From an uncultured Gammaproteobacteria bacterium (GTDB lineage Bacteria; Patescibacteriota; Microgenomatia; UBA8517): DNA of 64,000 nt. Numbering within the stretch: position 1 is the stretch's first letter; the number at the start of each line of letters is the position of its first letter. Positions 54,706 through 64,000 of this stretch are shown here, in pieces. Where the stretch lies: contig CAZOVJ010000001.1 in assembly GCA_964583685.1 (NCBI GenBank), positions 196,033 to 260,032 on the forward strand, given 5' to 3'. The position numbers and the translations under genes were made by a program. A model generated the notes under the pieces. The model was given only the letters and a program-made list of their open reading frames with translations. It did not search any database and had not been told where the DNA came from.

Positions 54706-56034
54706 TTATTGCTCTAGTTTTTCAAGGAGTAACTGACGGATTTGACTAGGATCTCCTTGTCCCTTAAGGATTTTTTGAACCTGACCAATTAAAAAGCCAA
54801 TCACTTCAGCTTTACCTTCTTGAAAATCTCTGATTGCCTTTTTTTGCTCAATAAACACCCGGTCAATTGCCATTATAACCTCTTTAGATTTGGCAAAACC
54901 TTTTTTTGTTAATTCAAATATTTTTTTAATCAACAAAGCTGGTTCAAGAAAATCTTTATCCAGATTTTGGTTAACCATCAAATCAGCAATCGTCTTCGGG
55001 GAAATATGATAAGTTTCTGCTAACTCAACTGCCTTTTCAAAGTAATCAGCTCGACTAGTAGTTTCACTTAATATCTGGGCGTAACCTAAAGGTAACAAAA
55101 AATCTTTCATAAACCTTTTCTTCTTGGCTGTTGGTAATTCGGGTAATCCTTTCCTAAGTCTTTCTATTTCATGCTTGAAAATTTTTAGAGGTGGGATGTC
55201 CGGTTCGGGAAAATATCGGTAATCTTCAGTTTTTTCTTTTATTCTTTGGCTAACCGTCCTATCTTTCGACTCATCATAGCCTCTTGTTTCTTGAATAACT
55301 TTTTGTCCTGAACTCAATATTTTCCTTTGTCTTTTAATCTCTGCCAGTATTGCCTTTCCCAAAAACCTGAATGAATTGATATTCTTTAACTCAACCTTAT
55401 AATTTGGTAAAGTTCTAAGATTAGATTTTTGCAAGGAGATATTGGCTTCAATTCTCATTGAGCCTTTTTCCATATTCGCTCTCGAGATAGCCAGATAACG
55501 AACTACTTGTTGGATCTCCTGAGCAAACCCCCTTGCACCTTGATCATTCCTGAAGTCCGGCTCAGTAACCAATTCCATGAGAGGTACCCCACTTCTATTA
55601 AAATCGACCAGGGTTACTTTCTTTCCTTTTAATTTCAAGTGAACTAGTTTGCCAGTATCTTCCTCAAGGTGAATTCGGGTTATTCTAATTTTTTGCCCAT
55701 TTTCTAAAGTCCATTGACCGCGACGGCAAAGAGGTAAGTCATACTGACTAATTTGAAAACCCTTGGGTAGGTCGGGATAAAAATAATGCTTGCGGTCAAA
55801 TTTTGAGAATTGAGCAACCTTACATCCAAACACTAGTCCAAGCTTAATTACTGATTCAATGGCGGTTTTATTCGGGTAAGGCAATGCTCCGGGTAACCCC
55901 AGACATATTGGGCAAACCTGACTATTGGCTTCTTTGGCAAAATGGTTGACTGAGCAGCCACAAAACATCTTGGATTTAGTGGCCAGCTCGATATGGATTT
56001 CAAGACCAATTATTGGTCTAAAACTTTTAAGCAT
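54706..56034 (-). CDS. gatB: Asp/Glu-tRNA amidotransferase subunit B
   Basis: [33 protein letters not shown]. Confidence 0.96.
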   Translation of the reverse strand: MLKSFRPIIGLEIHIELATKSKMFCGCSVNHFAKEANSQVCPICLGLPGALPYPNKTAIESVIKLGLVFGCKVAQFSKFDRKHYFYPDLPKGFQISQYDLPLCRRGQWTLENGQKIRITRIHLEEDTGKLVHLKLKGKKVTLVDFNRSGVPLMELVTEPDFRNDQGARGFAQEIQQVVRYLAISRANMEKGSMRIEANISLQKSNLRTLPNYKVELKNINSFRFLGKAILAEIKRQRKILSSGQKVIQETRGYDESKDRTVSQRIKEKTEDYRYFPEPDIPPLKIFKHEIERLRKGLPELPTAKKKRFMKDFLLPLGYAQILSETTSRADYFEKAVELAETYHISPKTIADLMVNQNLDKDFLEPALLIKKIFELTKKGFAKSKEVIMAIDRVFIEQKKAIRDFQEGKAEVIGFLIGQVQKILKGQGDPSQIRQLLLEKLEQ

Positions 56035-57274
56035 TTTGAATTAAAAATTTATCATATACTTTAGAAAAAATTAGGCCGCCAAGGCTTACACAACCCAAGA
56101 GAAATAGTAAAGTTCCTACACCCAGAATATCGGTTATTGTTGCTGAGCAAAGAACGGGAAAGACCATTGCTACTGTCGTTAAAAACCAAAAATTACCAAA
56201 GACTCTAGCCATCATCTGTTTGGGGGTTACTTCTTGAACATAGGTTTGGGTTAAAATAACAATGCTTAAGAATGAATAACCCATAACCAGGAAGGCTGAA
56301 ACGGCTGTCAATATTTTTATAACCAAAGGAAGTAAGGGGAAAATAAAAACCATTAACCAGATACCCAGGGTGAGCAAGGCCAAAGAAGTTTGTATTAACC
56401 TTTTCTTTCTTATTCCGGTAGATAAAAGTTTTGGTACAAGCAAAGCAGCAAACATAGCCCCTACCCCTGCAGGAACAACCATGAAAATACTCGAATAACT
56501 GGGTTTCACTTCTATTATCTCCTTTGCTATAACAGGCATGTTAGTTGTTACGACGGACAATGATACCTGTAAAACAAGAAGGAGTGAAAAACCCATTAAA
56601 ACATTAGTTTCCCTTTTGATAAATTTATAGCCTTCGAGTATTTGACTAAAAAAATCTGTGACCCCTTTTTCAAAACCTTCTACTAGCTTTTTCCCTGTAC
56701 GCATGACCGGTAAAAAACTGGAACTAAAGAAAGCTAGCAAAAGAAATAAGGAGGGGATGAATAAAGTTAAACCAAAACCAAGGAGCTCACTAATCAAGCC
56801 GGCCAAACCAAAACCAACAACTATGGCTGCTTGTTGGGTGATGAAAAATAAACCATTGGCATATGGTAGCTTCTTTTTGGATACCAAGAACGGCAGACTG
56901 GCAGATTCTGCTGGGTCGTTAAATTGATTAAAAAACGAAAATACAATAGCCAGAGCATAGGCAAGATATACAGTCCTCTTGTAAAAAAGAGCGAAAATAC
57001 AGACTGCCAGTGATTGGGCAAGACTGGTTAATACTAAAACTTTTCTTCGGTCAATAAAATCAACATAGGTGGCGGCAAAGGGACCGACAATCATTGCTGG
57101 TAATGCGTATGACACCCAAATTAAGGATGCGGCCAGGGTCGAATTAGTGCTTTCATATAATCTTATGAGCAGGAGAAATAAAAGTAGGTTTGAGGCTAAT
57201 TGAGAAAACAATTGGGATATCCAGAGATAAACAAATTTTTTATTTTTAATCAGTACTAGATATTGTTTAATCAT
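56027..57274 (-). CDS. MFS transporter
   Basis: about 12 TM segments, DFIDRRKV motif A. Confidence 0.85.
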   Translation of the reverse strand: MIKQYLVLIKNKKFVYLWISQLFSQLASNLLLFLLLIRLYESTNSTLAASLIWVSYALPAMIVGPFAATYVDFIDRRKVLVLTSLAQSLAVCIFALFYKRTVYLAYALAIVFSFFNQFNDPAESASLPFLVSKKKLPYANGLFFITQQAAIVVGFGLAGLISELLGFGLTLFIPSLFLLLAFFSSSFLPVMRTGKKLVEGFEKGVTDFFSQILEGYKFIKRETNVLMGFSLLLVLQVSLSVVTTNMPVIAKEIIEVKPSYSSIFMVVPAGVGAMFAALLVPKLLSTGIRKKRLIQTSLALLTLGIWLMVFIFPLLPLVIKILTAVSAFLVMGYSFLSIVILTQTYVQEVTPKQMMARVFGNFWFLTTVAMVFPVLCSATITDILGVGTLLFLLGCVSLGGLIFSKVYDKFLIQNA

Positions 57275-58674
57275 AGTTCTGGTTCTTTCCAGTGCCAGTC
57301 CGTCTGTTTTTGATAAAGTTTTCCCAAATTAAAAAGAATTTTTTCTGAAAACTTTGGCCCAAGGAGCTGAAAACCCAGAGGTAAACCTTTACTGGTTATA
57401 CCAGCCGGAAGGGCCAACCCAGGTATACCCGCTAAATTGGCGGCAACGGTAAATATATCCATCAGATACAATTGAAGAGGTTTCTCCACCTTCTCGCCCA
57501 ATTTAAAGGCTGGTGTGGGGGAAACTGGAGTGATAAGGACATCAACTTCCTTAAAGGCTTGCTCAAAATCCTCAATTATCTTGGAACGAACTTTCATTGC
57601 CTGGAGGTAGTAAGCATCATAATAACCAGCAGAAAGAACATAACTTCCAAGCATAATTCTTCTTTTAGCTTCTTTACCAAAATAATCTCTATCATAGCCA
57701 AACCTGACTCCATCATAACGAGCAAGATTTGAAGATACTTCGGCAGGTTGAACTATGTAATAAACAGAAATGGCATATTTTGTTTGGGGCAAACTAACTT
57801 CTTTAAATTCTATTTTTTCCTTTTTAAAAACCTTGACAGCATCTAAAACTGCTTTCTCCACCTCCTTATTAATTCCCTTGGTGAAATATTCTTTAGGTAT
57901 GCCAATTTTTAATTTGGCATTTTTATTTTTTAATTTTGCATTTTTCAATGTACTATCTTTTCCATCTTCTCCTTTAATTATTTTAAAAATCCGGCTAGAG
58001 TCTTCAACGGTTCTGCTCATATGTCCAATTGAATCCAATGAAGAGGCCATGGCTATTACTCCGTATCGTGATACAAGGCCATAGGTGGGCTTAAAACCAA
58101 CAATTCCACAAAAACTGGCTGGTTGACGTATTGAGCCACCGGTGTCCGTACCAGTAGCCACTAAAGAAAAATTGGCCGAAACAGACACGGCCGAGCCACT
58201 TGAAGAACCGCCGGGAGCATATTTTTTATTCCAAGGATTTTTGGTTGGTCCAAAATCTGAATTTTCTCCTGAAGTTCCATGAGCCCATGCATCACAATTC
58301 GTTTTACCCAATAAAATCGCGCCGGCTTTCTCCATTTTTTCAACAACGGTGGCTGAATGGCTCGGAACATAATTTTGGAGAACTTTTGCACCCGCCGTAG
58401 TTCTCACTCCTTTGGTTAAAAACAAATCTTTATGGCTGACCGCGACTCCTAGAAGTGGCTTTTCGCTTAAGGCCTTTTTTGCCAATTCCTGAATTATCTT
58501 ATCTACATTTTTTGCCTGCTGGTATGCTAACTCATCAGTAACTGTGATAAACGCATTTAAATCTTGGTTGTGTTTTCTGATTCGTTCAAGATAAGTGTCT
58601 AGAAGTTCAACAGCGGAAAACTTTTTTTTCAGTAACCCGTCTTGAGTTTCTTGAATGGTTCTTGGCAACTTCAT
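57271..58674 (-). CDS. gatA: Asp/Glu-tRNA amidotransferase subunit A
   Basis: PGGSSSGS, GTDTGGSIRQPA. Confidence 0.96.
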   Translation of the reverse strand: MKLPRTIQETQDGLLKKKFSAVELLDTYLERIRKHNQDLNAFITVTDELAYQQAKNVDKIIQELAKKALSEKPLLGVAVSHKDLFLTKGVRTTAGAKVLQNYVPSHSATVVEKMEKAGAILLGKTNCDAWAHGTSGENSDFGPTKNPWNKKYAPGGSSSGSAVSVSANFSLVATGTDTGGSIRQPASFCGIVGFKPTYGLVSRYGVIAMASSLDSIGHMSRTVEDSSRIFKIIKGEDGKDSTLKNAKLKNKNAKLKIGIPKEYFTKGINKEVEKAVLDAVKVFKKEKIEFKEVSLPQTKYAISVYYIVQPAEVSSNLARYDGVRFGYDRDYFGKEAKRRIMLGSYVLSAGYYDAYYLQAMKVRSKIIEDFEQAFKEVDVLITPVSPTPAFKLGEKVEKPLQLYLMDIFTVAANLAGIPGLALPAGITSKGLPLGFQLLGPKFSEKILFNLGKLYQKQTDWHWKEPEL

Positions 58675-58679
58675 CAAAA

Positions 58680-59018
58680 TTACTCCTCGGTTTTGCTTCT
58701 CGTTTCTTGCTTCTCGCTTCTTGCTTCAAAAACATAGGGTACGACAAAATAATTATTCCTGCTTTTATCTGTTCCGGAAAGGGTTTTCTCAATTGTTAAA
58801 GTTTGGGAAATATCCAGTTCATCTTCTCTGAAGACATTAATTAAACCAGTTGTCTGGCTGGTTGGTTGAATATTTGAAGTATCAACTTCACTCAGCTTCT
58901 CAACATAGCTAATAATTTCCGATAATTGCTTTTGAAATTTTCTTATCTCTACCTGGGAAAGTTTCAATTTGGCTAGCTTGGCTAAATGGAGAACCTCCTT
59001 TTTCTTCAGTTTGCCCAT
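58680..59018 (-). CDS. gatC: Asp/Glu-tRNA amidotransferase subunit C
   Basis: HLAKLAKL, VFREDE, YFVVP. Confidence 0.9.
   Translation of the reverse strand: MGKLKKKEVLHLAKLAKLKLSQVEIRKFQKQLSEIISYVEKLSEVDTSNIQPTSQTTGLINVFREDELDISQTLTIEKTLSGTDKSRNNYFVVPYVFEARSEKQETRSKTEE
58696..58727 (-). repeat. degenerate 7-nt tandem repeat (GAAGCRA) at the gatC 3' end
   Basis: GAAGCAA GAAGCGA GAAGCAA GAAACGA GAAGC. Confidence 0.75.
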
Positions 59019-59140
59019 CACTCTATAATAGCCCCTGACTCCCGTTAATGGCAATAATAAAAAGTGAATGGAGAGGGTGTTGGCTCATATATATTAAGGA
59101 GGATCAGCTGGGAGGTAGCTAGTTATTCTTACTATGTAAC

Positions 59141-59875
59141 CTAAGTAATAAGACTATCAGTATGCTCCCGAAAATAATCTCCGTGAAGATCAACAGCATT
59201 AGCTATGGCGCGAGATCGCAAAAGTTTTCTTATCTCCTCTGGCTCTTGCACAAGGCTTATTATATTTTTATCTCCGATGTAACGCATACTTTTGTATCTC
59301 ATCATCTCCAAAGCTGCAGCGGGATGCTGGGGAAATTGCTCTCGTAGGACCTCTATATCAATGTACTCATAGGAAATTGCGTTATCTTCGCCAAGTTTAA
59401 AAATTCCTTCATCAGAACGCCTAACATAAACCGTATTCGTGTTTATGGGCCGATAAATTGATATTCTTCTTTTAAACCCGGGGACCACAAGATGGGTTTC
59501 TAAAACTTCTACTTCGACATCCAAATATTCAGTGACTTTTACTATTTCTCCTTCACTCCGTGATTCTTCCCACGAAAAACTATCCGTGTATTCATAAGTT
59601 TTTGGTTTCCACTTAACTACTCTTCCCCTTCCATCAAAAAGTTCTGTATTAATTTGCCTTAGTAGAGCTAGGGCAAATTCTTTTACTTCCTCAAAATTCT
59701 GCTCTGCGAGTAATCGTACTCTTTCTGCTTCTTCTTGTTTTCTTTTTCTAATCTCTTCCTCCAACAACAATATTTGTTGTTCTTTAGCTCTCCTAGCTTT
59801 TACCTCTAAAGCCCACTTAACCTCCAGTTCCCTTTTTTCTTCTATTTCTCTTCTTGCTCTGTCAAACTCGCTCAT
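59141..59875 (-). CDS. hypothetical protein with N-terminal coiled coil
   Basis: long ORF, E/K/R-rich N-terminus. Confidence 0.6.
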   Translation of the reverse strand: MSEFDRARREIEEKRELEVKWALEVKARRAKEQQILLLEEEIRKRKQEEAERVRLLAEQNFEEVKEFALALLRQINTELFDGRGRVVKWKPKTYEYTDSFSWEESRSEGEIVKVTEYLDVEVEVLETHLVVPGFKRRISIYRPINTNTVYVRRSDEGIFKLGEDNAISYEYIDIEVLREQFPQHPAAALEMMRYKSMRYIGDKNIISLVQEPEEIRKLLRSRAIANAVDLHGDYFREHTDSLIT

Positions 59876-59951
59876 TTGAGGCAAGTGTAGTAGAACAACA
59901 GCCAAAAGTCAAACTATAGGTATTCATTTCTCTTCGTGTATGAGATTTGAA

Positions 59952-60575
59952 CTAGTTTAAGTGTGGGTTACTACTCCCTGGTGGTGGGTTGCCTAAAAAT
60001 GGGTCGTCTAAAGATGCTGATTCTTTCTTAGGGGATTCCTTAAGGTTTTGTAAAATTGATTCGGCTTCCTCAAGCTTTCTTGCATTAAATAAGGCGGTAA
60101 TTAACATTCCAGTTAGTTGAGGCACCCGTGCATTCGCAGAAATCTGTGCAATAAGTAATAGTCTAGCTGCATTCTCATTGATCCTTCTGACATCAAACAG
60201 TTCGGCGCTACTTATATCATAAAAACCGGCCGGGTCGGGCTCATTTTTTCTGATGATATTTTCAGCTTTAGCCCTGTGGGCCCTAGCTTGCTCATAGAGG
60301 CCGAGGAGTTCAAATAGTTTAGTATTGTTAGGGTATTCTTCAGTGAGGTTGGCGTAAACATTTGAAATTCGTTCTTCAGCCACACCTAAATCCAGACCTT
60401 CATCTTTTACTGCTTTAACTATTTCTTGACATGTCTCTGAGGTAGATTGAAAATCCTCATAGGCCGATGAGGTAAGATCTAGCCGGGAAATCCTCTTGTT
60501 TTTGGGGATTGCTAGATAATTACTCACTAGCTCCTCCGTGGTAGAATCCTTTCCTGCTAAAGATTCAATACTCAT
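59952..60575 (-). CDS. hypothetical protein
   Basis: 207 aa ORF. Confidence 0.6.
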   Translation of the reverse strand: MSIESLAGKDSTTEELVSNYLAIPKNKRISRLDLTSSAYEDFQSTSETCQEIVKAVKDEGLDLGVAEERISNVYANLTEEYPNNTKLFELLGLYEQARAHRAKAENIIRKNEPDPAGFYDISSAELFDVRRINENAARLLLIAQISANARVPQLTGMLITALFNARKLEEAESILQNLKESPKKESASLDDPFLGNPPPGSSNPHLN

Positions 60576-60610
60576 TTTATTAGCAATATTCTATCTTATA
60601 GTGGAAGAAA

Positions 60611-61537
60611 TTACAACATGTTTTCTAGTGCCTTGATACGTTTGGGGATTGGCGGATGGGTGTTGAACAAATTGGCAAACCAGCCAACAGCCGAATGTCC
60701 CTTTTTTCCTTTAAAGGGGTTAATAATATAAAGATGGGCTGTTGCCTTATTGGCAACCTCAAGGGCTTCTCTATCTTGAGATAGCTTTCCTAAGGCTTGA
60801 ATCAAACCCCGAGGTTGTCTGGTGATAGCCACTGAGCTGGCATCAGCTAAAAATTCGCGCCGTCTAGAAATAGCCAAGCGAATCAACTGAGCAAAAATCG
60901 GTGAGAGAATTGCGAAAATTAAACCAAGAATTAAAAATATTGCTCCAGCATTACTTCGCCCCCGCCGACCTCTTCCTCGGAAACTTACTCTCAAAAACAA
61001 ATCAGCCAAAAGAGCAACTATACCCAGTAAAACTGAGACAACTGACATCAAACGAATATCATAATTCTTAATATGACTCAGCTCGTGACCTATAACACCT
61101 TCTAATTCTGTCCGTGAGAGTTTATCTAGAAGCCCGGTAGTTACACAAATCACAGCGTGTTCTGGATCCCTACCCGTAGCAAAGGCATTGGGTGCAGAAT
61201 CTTCAATAACAAAGAGTTTAGGTGTGGGTAGACCCGAAGCTATACTTAAATTCTCGACAACCGTGTAAAAATTAAAATCCCGCTTTCTATCAACTGGCCT
61301 GGCACCGGAAATACTTAAAATTATCTTGTCACTGTAATAATAACCAACAAAAGCCATTAGACCGGAAATAATTAAAGCAATTCCCACTACTCCCAATCCA
61401 CCGGGTTCATATCCCAAGTAAACAGTAAATGCTTGAGAAATTATATAAACGGTTATTGTTACAAAAAGAACAAAACCAACAACTACAAAGTTGCTTTTTC
61501 TTTTATTATTAGCAACTGATTCGTAGATATTTAACAC
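60611..61537 (-). CDS. htpX: M48 zinc metalloprotease HtpX
   Basis: PNAFATG, HELSH, SRRREFLAD, THPP. Confidence 0.93.
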   Translation of the reverse strand: MLNIYESVANNKRKSNFVVVGFVLFVTITVYIISQAFTVYLGYEPGGLGVVGIALIISGLMAFVGYYYSDKIILSISGARPVDRKRDFNFYTVVENLSIASGLPTPKLFVIEDSAPNAFATGRDPEHAVICVTTGLLDKLSRTELEGVIGHELSHIKNYDIRLMSVVSVLLGIVALLADLFLRVSFRGRGRRGRSNAGAIFLILGLIFAILSPIFAQLIRLAISRRREFLADASSVAITRQPRGLIQALGKLSQDREALEVANKATAHLYIINPFKGKKGHSAVGWFANLFNTHPPIPKRIKALENML

Positions 61538-61543
61538 TATTCC

Positions 61544-62128
61544 TTATTCAAGCTTAATCTTAGGTGTTTTTAAGTCTCCTCCAGAAACTTCTACATGTTC
61601 TCCAGCTTCAGGGGTAAGAATTCCCGGTAACTCCTTGAAACTAAATACGTTGGCTACAAGCTTTGATGGAAAACTTACTCTTTTAACATTAAAGTCTGCC
61701 GTTAAGTCAATAACCAACCTTCTTGAATACATAATTTTGTCAGCCGTATCTCTTAACTCATCCATAAGCTTTGTCACAACTTCCGAACCTTTAATTTCAG
61801 GGTTACTTTCTACCAAAACCTGAATATTAGGTAAAACCGAAGCAAGCTTGCTTCCTGCATCTACCATTTTTTGCAGGTCACCGGATTTTACAGCTGAGTC
61901 AACAGCTTTCCTAGCATCCGTTAAGGCTTTGAATATGCCTTTCTCGTGCTTTAGATAACCCTTAGCAGAGGCTTCAAGGTTTGGTATTAGGCCGGCCTGT
62001 CTTTTAAGTTGATTTCCAATTTCCTGAACAGCGGCTTTAATCCTTGCTTTGCTTGAAACGAAAAAGTTATAAGTAACTACTCCCCATACCAATAAAAGGA
62101 CAAAAATAGCAGCTAAAACATAAATCAT
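61544..62128 (-). CDS. lemA: LemA family protein
   Basis: QLKRQ..LIPNL, HEK, E..PEIK, FP. Confidence 0.9.
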   Translation of the reverse strand: MIYVLAAIFVLLLVWGVVTYNFFVSSKARIKAAVQEIGNQLKRQAGLIPNLEASAKGYLKHEKGIFKALTDARKAVDSAVKSGDLQKMVDAGSKLASVLPNIQVLVESNPEIKGSEVVTKLMDELRDTADKIMYSRRLVIDLTADFNVKRVSFPSKLVANVFSFKELPGILTPEAGEHVEVSGGDLKTPKIKLE

Positions 62129-62149
62129 AAATTACTCACCTCCAATCAA

Positions 62150-63946
62150 TTATATTAACATTTTTTGAAAGTCATTCAAGTTTTTAGTATTGATGATATC
62201 CTCTTTTCTTGCCCAACCGCGCTGACCAACAAAAACACCATAAGGCATGTTATCAAGGCCATCTTTATGATGAGCATCAGTACTGATCGTTAATTTCACG
62301 CTGCTTTTCACGGCTTCATGGGCAATAACATCTGGTATGTCAAGTCTTAGTGGATTAGCATTTATCTCTAGCCAGATATTTTTTTCCTTGCAGACTGCAA
62401 ATAGTTTTGGCCAATTAAACTCCACTCCTTCTCTACGATTTAAAATTCTGGTAGTAGGATGGGAAAATATTTTAACTTTGGGGTATTCAAAACTAGAAAG
62501 AACTCTTTTGGTCATTTTCTCTTTACCTTGCCTTAGGCTGGAATGTAGGGCAACAAGAACAAAATCAAGAATCTCTAAGGCTTTCTCTGAAAGAGGAAGT
62601 TTCCCACTTGGCAAAATGTCTAGTTCAAGGCTATTGAACACTTTTTTTACTCCTACCTTTCTACCTTTCACGAGTGAGGAATTTAATTTATCAATTCTTT
62701 CTCTTTTCCTCTTTAACAGGTCAATTATTTGTTTATCGGTATGTCCCCTTTGGCTGGGATTATGTTCGGTGAAAGCAATATACTCATATTGCAAACCCGA
62801 AGCTTTTCTGACAATCTCTTCCATTGAAGACTCACCTAAATCATGACTAGTTTCAATATCAAAATCCGAATGAATATGTAAATCTCCCCTTATTTCTTCC
62901 AGCTTTACTAACCTGGGAAGTTTGTGAGAAAGGGCGGCTTCAATTTCTCCACTATCTTCCCGAAGTTCAGGAGGTATCCAATCCATGCCCAATTTTTTAT
63001 AAAGTTTTTCCTCAGTGCTAAATTTTTGCAATTTCTTCCTTCCTCCGGCAAGATTCCGCTTGATCCCGTACTCGGATAGGCTCATCCCCTGCTTCTGCGC
63101 ATATTCGCGAAGGGCAATATTGTGGTGTTTTGAGCCTGTAAAATGTTGAAGCATGGCTCCATATGAGTCTAAATCTGAGACCATTAAATCGACTTGCCTG
63201 TTTCCGGAGATAATAATCGAAGCACTTTTAGGGCCTTTTTCCACTATTCTCTTGGTCTTCGGATATAAAGTAAAATGATTGACTACCGCCTGAGGGTTAT
63301 CTGTAGCTACGGCAATATCAACATCCCCCACTGTTGCTGTCTTTCTTCTTAAGCTTCCCAAAACATCTATTTCTTTGGCAAACTTACACCTTTTCAACCA
63401 AGATGTCAGTTCTCCAGAAATGTTCAGCGCTTGAGGAAGTAAAAGCCTAATATTCCTATCCTTAGTTTCACTGATAGATTTTTTAATACTGACTTCTGAT
63501 TGCTGACCAAAGCCAGGTATATCGGAAACTTGACCTTTCTCAACCGCTCTTTCAAGTTTTTTAAACGCCCCCTTTTGTTCTTTAATTCCCAATTTTTTGG
63601 CTAATTTCAAGGCTGTTTTTGCTCCTATGCCTGAGATTTTCATCAACTCAAACATCGCCGGTGGCAAACCTTTCATAACGAACTTAAAATGTTTTGACTT
63701 TCCTGTTCTGAAAATTTCATCTAAATGTTTGGAGATATTTTCCCCAATACTGGGGATTCCTTGTAGCTTTCCATCATCCCACAAATCTTTTACTTCTGAA
63801 GTCAAGTGTTCAACTGCATCAGCCGCCCTGCGATAGGCAATTATTTTAAAGCGATTCTTGGCCTCATTCTTAACTTCATAAGCAGCGGCTACAGATCTGA
63901 GAAGCTGGGTAACCTCTATATTGGTCATATTTTTGTAAATCTTCAT
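62150..63946 (-). CDS. polX: DNA polymerase X with PHP domain
   Basis: GSLRR, GDVD, HFTGSK.HN, IPPELRE, HIHSD, STDAH. Confidence 0.93.
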   Translation of the reverse strand: MKIYKNMTNIEVTQLLRSVAAAYEVKNEAKNRFKIIAYRRAADAVEHLTSEVKDLWDDGKLQGIPSIGENISKHLDEIFRTGKSKHFKFVMKGLPPAMFELMKISGIGAKTALKLAKKLGIKEQKGAFKKLERAVEKGQVSDIPGFGQQSEVSIKKSISETKDRNIRLLLPQALNISGELTSWLKRCKFAKEIDVLGSLRRKTATVGDVDIAVATDNPQAVVNHFTLYPKTKRIVEKGPKSASIIISGNRQVDLMVSDLDSYGAMLQHFTGSKHHNIALREYAQKQGMSLSEYGIKRNLAGGRKKLQKFSTEEKLYKKLGMDWIPPELREDSGEIEAALSHKLPRLVKLEEIRGDLHIHSDFDIETSHDLGESSMEEIVRKASGLQYEYIAFTEHNPSQRGHTDKQIIDLLKRKRERIDKLNSSLVKGRKVGVKKVFNSLELDILPSGKLPLSEKALEILDFVLVALHSSLRQGKEKMTKRVLSSFEYPKVKIFSHPTTRILNRREGVEFNWPKLFAVCKEKNIWLEINANPLRLDIPDVIAHEAVKSSVKLTISTDAHHKDGLDNMPYGVFVGQRGWARKEDIINTKNLNDFQKMLI

Positions 63947-64000
63947 TAAAATTATCTTAGCACGGAGCTTGTTTTAATCTCAATTTTGACGTATAATTTT

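Noticed and set aside
12126-63836. Numerous short antisense ORFs inside well-supported genes
   Set aside because: Antisense shadows without motifs or independent expression signals

Overview
Chromosomal window from a low-GC, reduced-genome bacterium, most likely Patescibacteria/CPR of the Microgenomates type. This is an inference from gene content (DRG-type GTPase, archaeal-type PGI/PMI, PEP synthase, PolX-PHP, tRNA-Arg(TCG), many leaderless-looking genes). Housekeeping blocks include an SOS Y-family polymerase and lexA, pyrG, obgE, secG, a lower-glycolysis cluster, holA, ruvC, rplS, dnaE, gatCAB, lemA-htpX and polX, plus 13 uninterrupted tRNA genes and one interrupted one. The notable part is 7-33 kb, with three main observations. 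(1) Accessory DNA downstream of tRNA-Arg, tRNA-Pro and tRNA-His, and around an orphan tRNA-Trp 3' end, is bounded by short sites that copy the tRNA T-loop GTTC and the acceptor-end core but are spaced 5(-6) bp further apart. This matches the attP-versus-attB geometry of large serine recombinases. Downstream of tRNA-His these sites punctuate an integron-like array of mostly single-gene cassettes, and no intact integrase is present in the window. (2) The tRNA-Pro island carries a MoxR AAA+ / vWA module with four mosaic paralogs ending in hypervariable C-type-lectin/FGE-like (DGR-target-like) tails. (3) A complete tRNA-Gly(TCC) is nested, on a hairpin stalk, inside the anticodon loop of another tRNA-Gly. 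All product calls rest on motif recognition; no database searches were run.
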